Assembly: GCF_006345805.1 (NCBI RefSeq)
Contig: NC_042999.1
Coordinates: forward strand, 144,460,001-144,524,000
Direction of reading: 5' to 3'
Source: Octopus sinensis
Lineage: Eukaryota
Length of the DNA stretch: 64,000 bases
The notes under the pieces are model-generated. The model did not search any database. It saw only the letters and a program-made list of their open reading frames with translations, and had not been told where the DNA came from. The translations under genes were made by a program, and so were the position numbers. This document shows, piece by piece, positions 25,219-39,045 of the stretch (position 1 is its first letter; each line of letters starts with the position of its first letter).

Positions 25219-25503
25219 TCGAGCACAGTTGTTGCCAGTGCCGCTGGACTAGCTCCTGTGCAAGTAGCACATGAAAACACCTTTTGAGTGTGGTCGTTGC
25301 CAGAACTGCCTGACTGGCCCTCGTGCCGGTGGCACGTAAAAAGCACCCACTACACTCTCGGTGTAGTTGGTGTTAGGAAGGGCATTCAGCTGTAGAAACT
25401 TTGCCAGATCAGACTGAACCTGGTGCAGCCTCTGGATCACCAGTCCTCAGTCAAACCGTCCAACCCATGCCAGCATGGAAAGCGGACGTTAAACGAACAA
25501 TGA
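25219..25503 (+). mobile_element. RTE-type 3' UTR element with 2 stem-loop units
   Basis: GTGCCGGTGGCACGTAAAAAGCACCCACTACAC...CCCATGCCAGCATGGAAAGCGGACGTTAAA. Confidence 0.8.
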
Positions 25504-27394
25504 TCTCATGTCCAATAATTTTATCAGTCTTTGGACAGTGAAACTTGTTTAAATGTTGCCTTACTTATTGATACTACATTGATATATGCATTAATTTATA
25601 TGTATGAGACATACACAACACACATTGGAAATTAGGAATTTATGCCAATTTCAGGCGCAGTGGTTCATGGACAGGAAACTGCTTCCAATAGAGAATCAAA
25701 GTCTATGTCTCTGTATTAGCTTTAGTTATTTTCATTATCATCATCATCACCATCTCTGGTATGGACTGAAAATCATAACTAACCAAGCTGAAAGGCCATA
25801 GACAGCCAACTAAGTACTTCTGGAATTTATCTTATCATCTGCACTGTGTTGTATCCCTAGCCAAGATACTTAATTCTTAATTACTGAGCGTTGCTCTAAG
25901 TTGATACTCATTGGAAGAAGCTGCACAGTACTCAGTTGAAGTCCTCCTTTAAACCTAAAAAAAGAGCAACAGGAACATGCCCAGATGTATTACTCCTTTG
26001 AATTACTTCAAAGAAGACCAGATCTTGAATGATTTATGTGGAATTCAAGTTTGGGGTTACAAGACCAACTACCATTACTACAATACAACCTGGTTCTTGA
26101 TGCCTAGTTGAAACCAATTTATTTATGCTAACTTCAGATCTTTTGAGAACCATGAGCATCACGCAATACCATATCTTTCATCAAATATAAATCTGAGATT
26201 TTGAACATATATTTATAAATCATTAATGAATGAGGACATGTTAATAGATATTTGTGTATGTATCCACAGTAATATTCATACTTCTAGAATAACTTTATAA
26301 TTATTCAAAGAGCTTGAATCAGATATATGATTAGTGTTAAAGATTGTTTTTGTAGTACTTGTGCAACCCAGGTCTTCTATTTATCAGGAATACCTAGTCT
26401 CAGTAATAAGAAACTACTTTGCTTGAACTTTTGCATTTAATTAGCATTTTTATTGTAACTATGCAACTTTGTTGTGGGATGTTTTCTCTTTATTTTTTTT
26501 TCTCTTAGATTTCCAGCAATCATATAGTCAGTATTCTAAAGTGAGATTTTGTGGTTGGTGGGGAAATATGGAAGTTAACATTAAATATACAAAACACTTA
26601 TGTAAATGTTTTTTCCTTTGTAAGTTATTTGAAGTAAAAAAAAAAAAAGTTCATTTCCATTTCTGGTGTCCATGAGAAAGTCATGTACAGTCTGATATCT
26701 CATTTTCCATCACTGATAAATCTATGTGTGTAAATAAAAAATTATCATCCTTTTGATTAGAATAATCCACATAATAGATTACCATAGTAAATATGTTAGA
26801 ATGTTTAGTTTCATTGCTCTTGGTTATAAGCTCAATTTTACTTTTACCTCATTTCAGAAGTCAATAAATTATTGACTATATCTAGTCTGATGAACTATTG
26901 CATTTTATGCTAAAATAGGAAATCATTTTCATAATCAAAAAGCTAATGGAATTTGGTATTCAGTCCATCTCTCTATTCCCCAAGTTCAAATTCCCATTAG
27001 ATTTGATTTCATTTTCATCCCACTTAGGTAACTGAAATAACTGTCATTCTTGCATTTTTTATTCAATCCATTATATCTGTTCTTAGTCAAATCAGTGCCA
27101 GTGGGTGAAATTATTTGAAAAATTAAGTGTTTTAGGAAAGTGAGACTGTAGAGTAGCAGATTGAGTTTAACACAACATTAGCTAAAGACTTCTTAGCAAT
27201 GAATTCAAATCTCACAAGAATTAATTTTGCTTTTCATCCTTACATTAATTTGAAAAGTTTATTTCATTTCTAGCTTTATACCAATATAAGATATGGTCAT
27301 TAACATATTTGTTTCTGTTTATTACTTTGGAGTATATGCCCTCCTTCTTAACACAATTTCTTTATTTCTTTTAACATGAAAAAACCACACACAG

Positions 27395-27588
27395 GGAATG
27401 TCCAAGCTCCATGCGGTTATGATAAGTTTAGCTATTCTTGGAGGTCAAAGAAAGGGACAAGCTTCCATCAGAGTCGTGGCAAACATTTTTCATTTGGATA
27501 TGGTGAAGGTGATGTTTTAGGTTTCTACATTTATTTACCCCAGCCAGATGATCCAGGGAAACTGTTACCACCAACATACAAAGATAAG
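27395..27588 (+). CDS. ASH2L: ASH2L coding exon (SPRY; last found in window)
   Basis: acacag|GG to AAG|gtagga, 194 nt, phase 1 to 0. [32 protein letters not shown]...[11 protein letters not shown]...PPTYKDK. Confidence 0.98.
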
Positions 27589-28710
27589 GTAGGAAATTTT
27601 GATTCTTGTAGTTTTATAGACACACACATTTTTTTTTTTTTCAGTTTGTACTTTAATTTTTGTTCCTTGTGAAGTGGCACGAATGACATTTTCAATCTAT
27701 AAATCTTGCAGTATTTAGTTTGATTCCTCTACATTTTCAGCTCAAATTCCACTAGAGTCATTTTACCTCCCATACTTCTAGGATCATGTACCAATGTGTC
27801 CTTCCTATTTTTGAGACAGTAGAGTATGATTTTAGGGAGATTTAACTGCTATTTCAAGTTGATTAAATAACCACAAAGTGGCTTCCACTCTCAACATAGT
27901 CTTGTTAAACTGTATTTAAGTTTTTTAACTCTTCTGAAATGTCGTACTGAGATTTGACACCCCAGCCTGTCTGTGTGTAATATCATCAACAGTAGCATCA
28001 TCGTTTTATGTCCACAATCCTTTCTGGTATAAGTTTGATAGTTTGACAGGATCCAGCAAGCTGAAGGAATATAACTTGCACCAACATCTTCAGTTTGGTA
28101 TACTTTCTACACCTTATTACCTCTCCAAACACCAACCACTTTACAAAATATACCAAGTGTATTTTTTATTGTGGTACCAGCACAATAGAGGTTGTCTCCC
28201 CCTCAGCAAAACAAAAGTGTTCTCTCAATCCTGCATTGTCTCAACAACCACTTACAGATTTGTATCGGCTACTTTTCTTGTAGCTCTAGTGCGGTATCTT
28301 TGTAACTAATAAGACTAAAGAGCCCCACAACTATAAGGGAGAATAAAAGAGAGAGTAATGACATTAGATGAGGTGTTGAGAGACAGTGAAAGATGATTGA
28401 AGAACAGATTTTTGTTGTGAGAGAGTGGTAATGAATAGCATGACAGAAGACAGTGTTGGGGGAATAATGAAAGGGACAGAGGAAAGGAGAAGGGAAATAT
28501 TAGTATTAGGGGTCAGTGAGAAAGAGATGAAGGCTGGTAAGGATGATGGGGTAGGTTAAGTTGGAGTGGATCAAATGCTACCCTGCATTACAAGCATGAA
28601 TAAGAGTGGGTGGAGGGGTGCATGAAAGAGAGATAGAAATGAGGATGACAAGAAACCAGAGAAGGTATGTGGAGAAGATAAATGAAAGAAATAAGAAGTT
28701 TTCTCAAGTA

Positions 28711-29585
28711 CTGCATGGCTGTGTAGTTAAGAAGTCCACTTCCCATCCACATGATTTTTGTGTCAGTTCTTTGTAGCCTCTTGGGTAAGTGTCTTCTACA
28801 ATAGCCCCAGACTGGCCAAAGCCTTTTAAGTGGGTTTGGTTGATGGAAACTGAAAGAAATCAGTTGTGTATATGTGTCTCCTTGTCTTGACATAGCATCA
28901 TCATCATCATCATCATCATTTAACGTCCGCTTTCCATGCTAGCATGGGTTGGACGGTTCAACTGGGGTCTGGGGAGCCCGAAGGCTGCACCAGGCCAGTC
29001 AGATCTGGTAGTGTTTCTACAGCTGGATGCCCTTCCTAACGCCAACCACTCCAAGAGTGTAGTGGGTGATTTTATGTGCCACCGACACAGGTGCCAGACG
29101 AGGCTGGCGAACGGCCACGCTCGGATGGTGTTTTTATGTGCCACCGACACAGGTGCCAGACGAGGCTGGCGAACGGCCATGCTCGGATGGTGTTTTTATG
29201 TGCCACCGACAGGTGCCAGACGAGGCTGACAAATGGCCACGCTCGGATGGTGTTTTTATGTGCCACCGACAGGTGCCAGACGAGGCTGACGAACGGCCAC
29301 GATCGGATGGTGTTTCTTACGTGCCCACAGTACGGAGGCCAGTCGATGCGGTACTGGCTACGGCCACAATTGTAAATGAGCATCACTGTCACACAAGTGG
29401 TATCCTCCATTTCCACTCTTCCATGGAAACATGTCCAGTCTTAGAGAAATATTACATCACTTGCAAATGGGTGAGAGTTGGGAGTTGGTAACAGGTAAGG
29501 CATCCAACCATTGAAAATCTGCCTCAGTGAACTGTTTCTAATTCAGTTAACCATAGAAAAGTAAACATTAAAATGATGATGATTA
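28711..29585 (+). mobile_element. Older SINE (head A + body E) split by a young antisense insertion
   Basis: Head A at 28711-28870. Body E resumes near 29370 and ends TTAAAATGATGATGAT. Same architecture at about 32545-32900. Confidence 0.65.
28906..29370 (-). mobile_element. Young RTE-type 3' UTR element with 62/60-bp tandem units
   Basis: CpG-rich. Two differences over ~180 nt from the reverse complement of 41461-41640. Two 62-bp and two 60-bp units. Confidence 0.9.
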
Positions 29586-29689
29586 TGCATATTGCCAGTC
29601 AATATGGTCTCTTTTCTGATGTTCAGCATCTTAACATGAATTGTCACCACTTCGTCATTTGTCTTTCAAGATTTTTGTCTTCTATAGGT

Positions 29690-29930
29690 ACAGTCTGCTT
29701 TGAGCACTCAGTACTTTTTCCTCTTATCATTTAGGTCATTCATACTATGTCATTCATGTACACTAACTTTATATGTCCAGTAAAGCAGGCTCATTTCATT
29801 CTAGTCCTCACACATCTTTTGCAATCAAGGCCCAAATCTTACTATGATGTAACATTGCACTCCGGACATAAACATCATATAATCTGCCCTTCACTCTGAG
29901 ACAGGTTCTTTGTTGCCAGGAGAATTGATA
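29690..29930 (-). mobile_element. RTE LINE C-terminal fragment
   Basis: Disrupted reading LLATKNL...GRLYDVYVRSAMLHHSKIWAL, like RTE GRLYDACVRTAMLHGSETW. Boundaries approximate. Confidence 0.6.
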
Positions 29931-30249
29931 ACTCTGAGCTTTTCCCAAGTCTAAAAACTATGCTTTCAGAGCAACCACTCCTACAGCTAATTAGGTAGGT
30001 CATTTAGGTAACAGAAACTATTGACTACACCTAGGGAGCACTCTGAGCAGTTGAGTGAATCTGTTTCCCAAGTGTTTTTCAGGTTTAATGCCCCTATGTT
30101 CCTGCCACATATGAAGGCTACCATTGCTGATCATACTGTACCTGTTGTGCAGTCATCATATTCATAAGACATGTATAAAGTTTCTACTTATTCCTTTACT
30201 GTATACCAAGCATAGTTATTTCCCTTTCTCAACTACTCTCTTCCTCCTC

Positions 30250-30337
<88 letters not shown>

Positions 30338-31336
30338 AGCTGTATATCTCTACTGCTTCAGTTTTCATTAGCCTTCATCCCTTTATAGTTTGAAAATTAC
30401 AGCTGATAGAAAATCCATACTAGGAATTTAACAGTTTTTTTTTTCTTCTCTTTCTACCTCTTTCCATTCTTAGAAATTTTAAGTATTCATAACTTACAGA
30501 TGATAATCTATAACTACAAACAACTTCTAGAAATTCACAATTTATATGTATATGATAACCTATAAGTTATAAATAACTTGTTGAATTTTATACTTTATAG
30601 GATGGTTTTGCTAGGAATTCAAAACTCCACCCTAATTTCATTTTTCTGTTTTTAAGCTGTATATTTAACAACTGATACCCTGGTTTTGTATTCATTTGAG
30701 AATATTGTAAAATTGAAACATACTGCAGTTTGTAATGAAGCATGTATGTATATGTTTGTGTGTTCACACACATGTATATATGTCAGAATACCTTGTATGA
30801 GCAAGCCCCATCTCTTTTGTCTCCTCTTCTCCCACCCTAACACTGTTCCTTCCATTATTCTTTCCATTACCATCTTCTCTCAATAAACCTCTTCTTTTCC
30901 ATCATGGGATGCTCTCTTTTGCTTTGCAAGTTGCCTCAAAAAGTACCCAATACACTCCAATTGATAACTGATTCAAACTGTTGCAATGCAGGGTTTGAGA
31001 GAATTCTTTAGTCATGGCAAAGCAGTCAGTATAGTTCTGGTGCACTATACACCTAGTACACACGGTGACGTAGTTGTTAGTAGGAAAGACATCCAGTCTA
31101 GAAGCCAAAAATGAGACATTGGAGGAAGACTGACCCATGGAATCCCTTGACACATTGAATTCTATCAAACCATTCTACCCATGCCAGCATGGAATATGGA
31201 CATCAAATGATGATAGAATGGATTCCGCAAGCTGCATCCCAAACTTCCAAACAAGAAAAGCAATAATTCTAAATAAGAACTGATGCAGCATAAAGAGGAT
31301 TCGTTAGTCTTTCTCTCTCTACTTTCTTTCTTTCTC

Positions 31337-31367
<31 letters not shown>

Positions 31368-32035
31368 TGCTACAACATGATAAAATATACCTAAAAAGTT
31401 AGTCTTCCCTTTTAAGGTACCAATTTTTGTATAATTCTCTTGATCCACTCCCACTCATTATGAAGAAATGAAATTCAAAGCTGACCTTTACAAACAGGAA
31501 TTGAACTTGGATTTAGCGGAGTACAGTAGAATGAAAGTAAATAGTATAAGATGATAATTACTCTGATGTGCTACTGTTTTTGACAACTCACCAGCCTGCA
31601 AATCAGGAAGTATGATTTGCTGTGACTGAAAATCTAACCCAGAATTTTATTTCAAGACAAAATATAAAATAAATAACACGAAAAATAATCAAAAAATTAA
31701 AAGAAAACAAGACTAACAAAATAAAGTTACATAACTGTATGTGTTAGCTTATATATAAATATATATATATATGTGTGTGTGTGTATATATATATATATAT
31801 CAAATATATAATATGTGTGCACATATAGATATATACATATTATTTATTAATTTATTATTTAACAGTTTTTTGGTTTTTTTTACATAAAACACTTTAATCA
31901 TTGTTCTGATATACTTTTAACAAATTCAAAAACAATATACTCTGTGGAATTGAAAAGAAAGCAGGCATGTGATGTGAAAGTTTACAGATTAAAAAAATAT
32001 TTTGAATAATCACAGCTTCAGATAATTTATAGCTG

Positions 32036-32075
<40 letters not shown>

Positions 32076-35000
32076 GGTATTTTGATGGGTACAAATCAGT
32101 TTCAAGTGTAAGAAAATGTACAGCACAAAGTAGATGTCTGCCCTTTATGATGATAGCTATTAACAGCCTGTTTTCTAGTTATTATATCACTTTTTCTTTG
32201 AAATGTCATTGGAAAATTTTTTTCTTTTTGTTGCTGTTGATTTGCTTCTTACTCTTGTGTCTGAGAGAGTTAAATCATTACAGTGAAAATGAGTAATTTT
32301 TTCTCGTATGAGAGTGTGTGTGTTTTAGGAACTGTCTACTTGTAGAGCTACTGTGTGTTGTTATTGTTTAGCTCTGATCAAAGACACTACTACTGTGACC
32401 TCTTTCTTTTTTACATTCAGAATTACATTTTTCCATGTATCCTTATTTTAGGACAGGAGAGAATGATTTGAGAAAATATGGCTATTTCTAAAAAGTTCAG
32501 TTACCATTTAGAGTCTACTTCATTGGCTCGTGTGTGTGTGTGTAGGTGTGGCTGTGAAGTTAAGAAGTTCACTTGCTAACCACAGGTTTCAAGTTCAACC
32601 TCACTATGCGACATCTTGGGCAAGTGTCTTCTTTTACAGTGTGAGAGGATTTTGGTGTGTGCAAACTGAGAGAAGCCTATCAAGTGTGTGTTTGTGACTC
32701 TTTGTGCTGACATTGCATAATAATAATAAACAACTATCCCCATCATCAAATGGTGTCTCTCATTTCCAATTTTCTATGAAAACATACCATTGGGAAATAT
32801 TATCTTGCTTAAAAATGTTGGAAACAAGAAGGACATCTGGATAGAAAATCTGCCTCACTCAATTCTGTCAGACACATGTTAGCATAGTAAACTGGCCAAA
32901 GTAATAACTATAGATATATATATACATTCCCAATATAGACCCCCATATGATGCTTTTGTTGAATACTTAAAGTGACAAGTGGTAGTTGGATAGAATTTCT
33001 GTGCAGTAATGATTACAGAGTGGGAAGTCAGTATCTGGAAACGTTATATAGAATAGCGTGAGTGTATGTGTGTTTTTATTTGAAGAACAATTAACTGTAT
33101 TTCATTTGGGATATCAGTTTTCAATGTTTCTTTCATTTTTATGTCTACTTTTCTTTGTTTGCCTTAGACAGAATTCATTGAGATAGATTTTCATAACTAC
33201 ATGCCATTCCCATCATCAACCCACACTTGCTTCCTTCCATGGTAATACTTCCCTATGCCCAGACAATATTTCCACAAAGATTGGAAATGAAGGACACTGC
33301 TTGCATGATGGTAACAACTATTGTGCAATATCAAAACAAGGAGACACACACAAACACACAGGTCTTCTTTCAGTTTTCGCCAGCCTGTTGAAGACACGTT
33401 TCCAGGATACCATGCTGTGAAACTAAACCTGAACTCATGCTATTAATGTTTAGCACTAACTGAATAGACAGCATAAATTTAGAACAAAACTGTACATTTC
33501 TTAACTAATTAACTCTTGTGAAGATATACCAAGCATTATATTAGCATGTTTTAATAACTACCCAAACACACAGACATGTGTATGTGACTGACAGGGAGTG
33601 AACATACATGTAGATATATACATGCAAGCATATATCATGCATACAAATGAGATACAGGCATGACTACATAGTTACAAAGTTTGCTTTGCAACCATATCAT
33701 TTCAAGTTCAATCCTGCTGCATGGCACCTTGTGCTGCCAACCAATGTCTTTTGAGCAAATTGGTAGACAAAGCTGTATAAAACATGTTATTGTATATATA
33801 TGTGTGTGTATATGTCTTGTCTTGAAATTTCAGCACTAATTGTGAATGAAATCACCATTCATACCAACAGGGTCATTTGCAGTCTTCCATGAAAATATGC
33901 CTGGCCTTTGATCTTTTCATTGTTTAAGGAACTAGGGGAAGTATTACTTTGATTGGAAATTAGTGAGGGTTGGTCACATAAATAGTGGATATTAAAATGA
34001 TAATGATGGTGTGTTTGTGTGTGTGTGTGTGTGTGTAAGAAAGGAAATTTCTGCAATGAAACTAAGAATGTTAAGCTTTACAAAAGATTTCATGATTTAC
34101 AGTAGTAGTGGTAGTAATAACGGTGGTGGTAATTGTAATATTTGTAACGTTACAGTAGTGATGTGATACTGGTTCAGGAAAGAAGTGGTTACGGGTGTGT
34201 TGGTAGCAGGAATGGTTTGGTGATGGTTGTTGCTATTGTAACTTGGTGGTGGCTTAGAAATTTGTCGTCTCCCACACAATTGAACTTGATTCAACCTCAC
34301 TTGGATAATATCAAAAAGAGAGGGAGTTTATGGAAGGAAGAGAAAAAGTCAAAAAGAACAACTTACTGATGAAACTTAGCATTTAATTGTAAAGATGCTC
34401 AAAAGCTTTCAATTTTTGCTTTTGAGCAAGGCACTTGTCTGGCTGAATTTATCTGTAGCTGAGATAGCGACTTTTAGTTGCAATTCATGTAGAAACACTA
34501 TCACAGATTCCTTTGGCCAAATAACATTCATCTACTTAATCATGTTTACGAACACACATGCCCTTCCCTTCTTAGACCCTCCAATTATCAAATTTAAAAT
34601 GTATAAAATTTTACTGCTCTGTAGCATAACTTATTGGTTGACTAGCTCAAACCAAAGCATAAGCATCATAGTTATCCATGTTTATTACCTTTAAAATTCC
34701 AAGCTCATTCGTAAGATAATTTATTTCTTTTGTCTACACTCATGGCCAACTTTTGCTAGGAATGCAGCATAGCTGATTAAATAGATTCACATTGTATTAC
34801 TGGTACTTACTTTACTGCCTTGACCATCCCCATAATAAACAAGTAACAATTATCTGATGAAATATGAAGCTAAGCTGTAGTCCAATGAGCTGTTTCTATC
34901 ATTACTACTACTACAATGGCTGTAGGGCAAAAACGAAATTATAGAATACTGAAGTAAATGCCTAGTAAGTATATAAGTGTTGTACCTGTCAAAAACTACT

Positions 35001-35952
35001 GTCCGTTTAATTAGTTATACCCTTCCCCTCAAAATTGCTCGTCCTGTGCCTAAATTAGAAACAATTATTATTATCATCATCATTGTAAAAAGGGCAGAGC
35101 TTGTCAAGATGGGTATTTAATAATGTCTCTTTACATTCCGGCTTCAAATCCCATCAAGATTCATTTAAACTTTCATCCTTCTGAGTTAAGTACTGAGTAT
35201 CCACATAATTGACTAACCCCTCCCCACAAATGAAACTTGGTGCCTGTATAAAAATTCATTATGTTTACTATCATAGAATTCATTTGCTGTACTATTGGAA
35301 GTAAACTAGCAATTTGAATCTGTAACCCAGTTGCTTAACCTTGTCATTTCACTCTACATTGATTCCTTTTAGTAAGACATGACCATCATGCAATTTCTTT
35401 CTCCTTTCCCTCTGCAATTCTTAGACTTTGGCCAAGTATAAAATCAGAATTGGGAGAAGGGTAAACCTTTTTCATTTTATTATTTTTTTTTCATATAATT
35501 CTTTGACATTTAAAAAAAATTGCTTGTGCAATATGGTTATCAGGTTAGAGTGTGGGTTTAAAAGAAAGCTAACCTCATTGTTACAGTCATATCTCTCCGC
35601 CAAGTAATAAATATTACACTACTTGTCTGGATCTGCACAGCTATAAAAATGGGAGGACATATCTCGACCTCTTGTTGAATTATTATAAAATTTATCCAGT
35701 TTTAGAAACAAAACAAACAAAAAAAAAGACAAACACTTCTTCCAAAGATTCATATGCAAATATCCAGATTTGCAAAAAGAATTTCTGCCCATGCTAGCAT
35801 GGGATGGCGGGAATAATTATTTAAATCTGTACAAAAAAAGGCTGCATTTTAATTTTTGTTGGGTTTTTCTTTTTGCGTTGTTGCATTCTTTTTATGTTTT
35901 ATTCTTGTTTTATTTTTCATTAGTGTAAATGTAGGCTATATTTTAAATGTTT

Positions 35953-35956
<4 letters not shown>

Positions 35957-36044
<88 letters not shown>

Positions 36045-36050
36045 CCTCTC
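35957..36050. repeat. (TC)n/(GA)n microsatellite just 3' of the minus-gene stop
   Basis: Nearly uninterrupted tract beginning about 34 nt past the TGA on the minus strand. Confidence 0.95.
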
Positions 36051-36083
36051 AATCAATCAAAGAAAAATATATGTTATTGTGTA

Positions 36084-36260
36084 TCAAAGCTTGGTTTGCA
36101 TGCTTTCTTCCTCTTCTGCCTCTTCCTCCTCTACCTCTTCTTCTGCCGATGCCTCCTGTGCCGCTGCTTCTTCTTCCATCACGTTACCCTCCTCTTCTGT
36201 TTCTGTGATTGTGGGTTTAGCTTCCATTAACATATCACTTTTTTCTTCCATAATCTCCAC
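36084..36260 (-). CDS. Uncharacterised acidic protein, terminal coding exon
   Basis: ttacttttgtag|GTG to CTT TGA, 58 aa plus stop. VEIMEEKSDM...EEEAAAQEASAEEEVEEEEAEEEESMQTKL*; 24 of 58 residues are E/D. Not in the ORF track. Confidence 0.82.
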   Translation of the reverse strand: MEIMEEKSDMLMEAKPTITETEEEGNVMEEEAAAQEASAEEEVEEEEAEEEESMQTKL

Positions 36261-36488
36261 CTACAAAAGTAATTGGTTTATAAACTTATTAAAATTAAAT
36301 ATCGTTATTATAAAAACAGCATGCCAAACAAAATGCTTTGCAGCATTTCTTCCAGCTTTACATTCTGAGTACAAATACCTGCCTTTCAATCTTTAGGGGT
36401 CTAGCACTGGGGTTGATGTAATCACCTAGTGTCTTCACCCAAAATTTCAGGTCTTATGTCTATAGTAGAAAGAATTGTTACTATTATA

Positions 36489-36909
36489 AAATATCAAATA
36501 TTGCTATCAATGGAAATTGTAGCTGTGATACCAGTGCCGGTGGCACGTAAGAGAACCATCCGAACGTGGCCATTGCCAGCGCCGCCCCAACTGGCCTCCG
36601 TGCCAGTGGCACATAAAAAGCACCATCCGATTGTGGCCGTTGCCAGCCTCGTCTGGCCCCCGTGACGGTGGCACGTAAAAAGCACCATCCGATCATGGCC
36701 GTTTGCCAGCCTCATCTGGCACCTGTGCAGGTGGCACATAAAAAGCACCCACTACACTCATGGAGTGGTTGGCATTAGGAAGGGCATCTAGCTGTAGAAA
36801 CACTGCCAGATCAGACTGGGCCTGGCGCAGCCTTCCGGCTTCCCGGACCCCAATTGAACCGTCCAACCCATGCTAGCATGGAAAAAGGACGTTAAATGAT
36901 GATGATGAT
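36489..36909 (+). mobile_element. RTE-type 3' UTR element with ~4 stem-loop units, in last intron of the minus gene
   Basis: Begins ATCAAAT...ATCAATGGAAATTG like the 40905 copy, ends GACGTTAAATGATGATGATG. Confidence 0.85.
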
Positions 36910-37346
36910 TTAAACTTAGCAGTTTGGTGTTTTATAAAAATATGGAATTGTCACATTTGGCCTTGTCAGTCTTGTGTTAGATACAGTGGCTAAAAGAACC
37001 AAAGTTCAAATCCAATAACTAGTGCTGGACTGTTGTGAATTTGGCAAAACATAAGTAAATTTTCATCACCTGTAAGATTTCAATTGATTGATTTAAAGTT
37101 TTTGGTTTGGAGTACTGAGATATATTCTTAACCTTCCCAATGCTGTTTGTGGCATAAAAGAACTAGCATCAACAAGGCAGTTCAAAACTGCAGCACAATT
37201 TTATCTTTCTGGAACTTAAAACTCTTACACTACAGTGTTAGGCCCCAAAAGAGAAGCTCTTTGTGTGTGTGCTTGCATGTTTGTTGTTTTGCTTCAAGTC
37301 AGTGTCTTGATCCAGCAGATGAAAGCTATGTCAATCCCATATTTAA

Positions 37347-37466
37347 CCCTTTAGCATTTAAACTGACCATATTCAGCCTAAATATTCTACTTGCATGATT
37401 ATTTGAAAACAATGAGAATAAATAAACTTTACATTTGATAGTTATCTGAATGCTTAACCCTTATGG
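37347..37466. mobile_element. Degenerate piggyBac-type MITE
   Basis: TTAA|CCCTTTAGCATTTAAA left end. Right end is degenerate but finishes in GG|TTAA. Confidence 0.4.
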
Positions 37467-38995
37467 TTAAGTGGTTCAGTATTGTGCATGCTAGCATGGA
37501 GGGCAGACATTAAATGATGATTTAAGATAGTTGGGTAAGATTTAAAAGAGATTTAGTTGCTGTTTATAGCAGGTCAGGTGATCACATAGAGGCTCTTATG
37601 TTGGCTCAACACACACACACACACTACATGTATATAGTAAAAGGATTGGACTTAGATATGTTGTGGTACAAAGCTTGATAACTCACATGGTTGAAATTTA
37701 AATAGCTACATCACCAGGATGTGCTTTTGTGTTCATCTCTAACCTTGCAGTACGTATGAGCACACACCCTCCTTATCAGGTTCAATTGTTATTATGGGAA
37801 AATCCAAATAATGCTTAAAGGAAATTAAACTCTACACAAAAAATAAATTTAAGTATTTGTTTAAGATGAGTGTATGTTCCATAAGCTCCATATATCTCTT
37901 AGAACAAGGAAGTACTTTACACAATATATTTCAAATCAAAAATATAGATTTTCTTTTTAATGACCAACTATGAGGACTAAAGTAGTTATGACCACCTCCC
38001 TTCATCAGGTTAAATTACACAAAAACAGCTTATATCAATCAACTAATCATACTTCCATCTTGTTTACAATAAAGATAGTGGATGACAGTATGCAGTCTAC
38101 AAAGATGATTGGTTTCAGTCTCTGTCTCGTTCTTGAAAAGCTCTGCTCACAACCCGACAAAAATACATTGTATGTTTTAATCTGAGGAGGTAGTGCAGTC
38201 CCTACTCTTGATCTTTTTCTAAGGCCTCTTATATAGATAAATGAAATAAAGGAGGAACCATGACTTCTGAGTTGCTGTAATTGAAAGTAGTGTATCAGAG
38301 TATTGTTCTGTTTTTAGACCAGAGACTTGGTGTGTATGCTTGCTGCAGAATGGACTCTCCTAAAGTAACCTCGTGCCAGATTATTGTATTGAACCACTCT
38401 ATGGATTTAGTCTACTGCTACCCAAAAAGAGATACAGTCCTTCTGAAGTGTTTCCATCTACCCAATTTCACTCAAAATATTGGCATCATTGCTCTAACTA
38501 GTTGGCCAAGAATATATCACATTCTATGATTAATCAGTGATGCAAGCCATTCCACTGCCAGTTCCCTTCATTCAGGGTTGAGATTCCAAACTTTGAAATA
38601 AAGAGCTAACCAATTTAAGAACACACTCTACTCTTGTGCTAATCACATCCTGAACAGACAACTATCTACAAACCAACTTGTGTATAATTACCATTCTATA
38701 TCCTGTTGCTCTTTTAAAGTTAATAACCTCAACTTACGCAATAAACTGTGTATAATTGAACTCAATCAAACCTCATTTCACTTTATGTGAGAAACACCTA
38801 CAGCATAAAGGATCCTTTTTGAAGTCTTATGATCTTTACAACAGGATCAGTTTGCATCATTGCCAGTATAAATGCTAATGCAACAAGCAATCACTGGATT
38901 ACATGTATGAATAAGCTACTCAACTAGAAACTTCCAGTGTTCATCTAATGTCTCATTAAAAGTAAAAGAAATTAAAAAAGAAATTGTTTGCTTAC

Positions 38996-39045
38996 TGCTG
39001 TTTCTTTGATAATCTTCTCACTTTCAGTTTTTAGTTCTTCTGATG
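38996..39045 (-). CDS. Uncharacterised acidic protein, exon g
   Basis: ttttttttcag|CA TCA to GCA|gtaagc, 50 nt, phase 1 to 0. (A)SEELKTESEKIIKETA. Confidence 0.8.

Noticed and set aside
31840-31900. Poly(A) site of the minus gene (ATTAAA followed by an A-run on the minus strand)
   Set aside because: Such hexamers are very common in this AT-rich DNA; not supportable without 3'-end data.
35425-35460. Possible next ASH2L exon (ag|TLAKYKIRIGRR|gt, phase 0)
   Set aside because: Only superficial likeness to ALIKFK; the conserved SxLYFEEKD is absent and no downstream exons follow.
34570-36960. IKFK (34.6 kb), YKNG (35.6 kb) and FYKN (36.9 kb) motifs as ASH2L 3' exons
   Set aside because: Wrong phase or no acceptor, and flanking residues do not match ASH2L.
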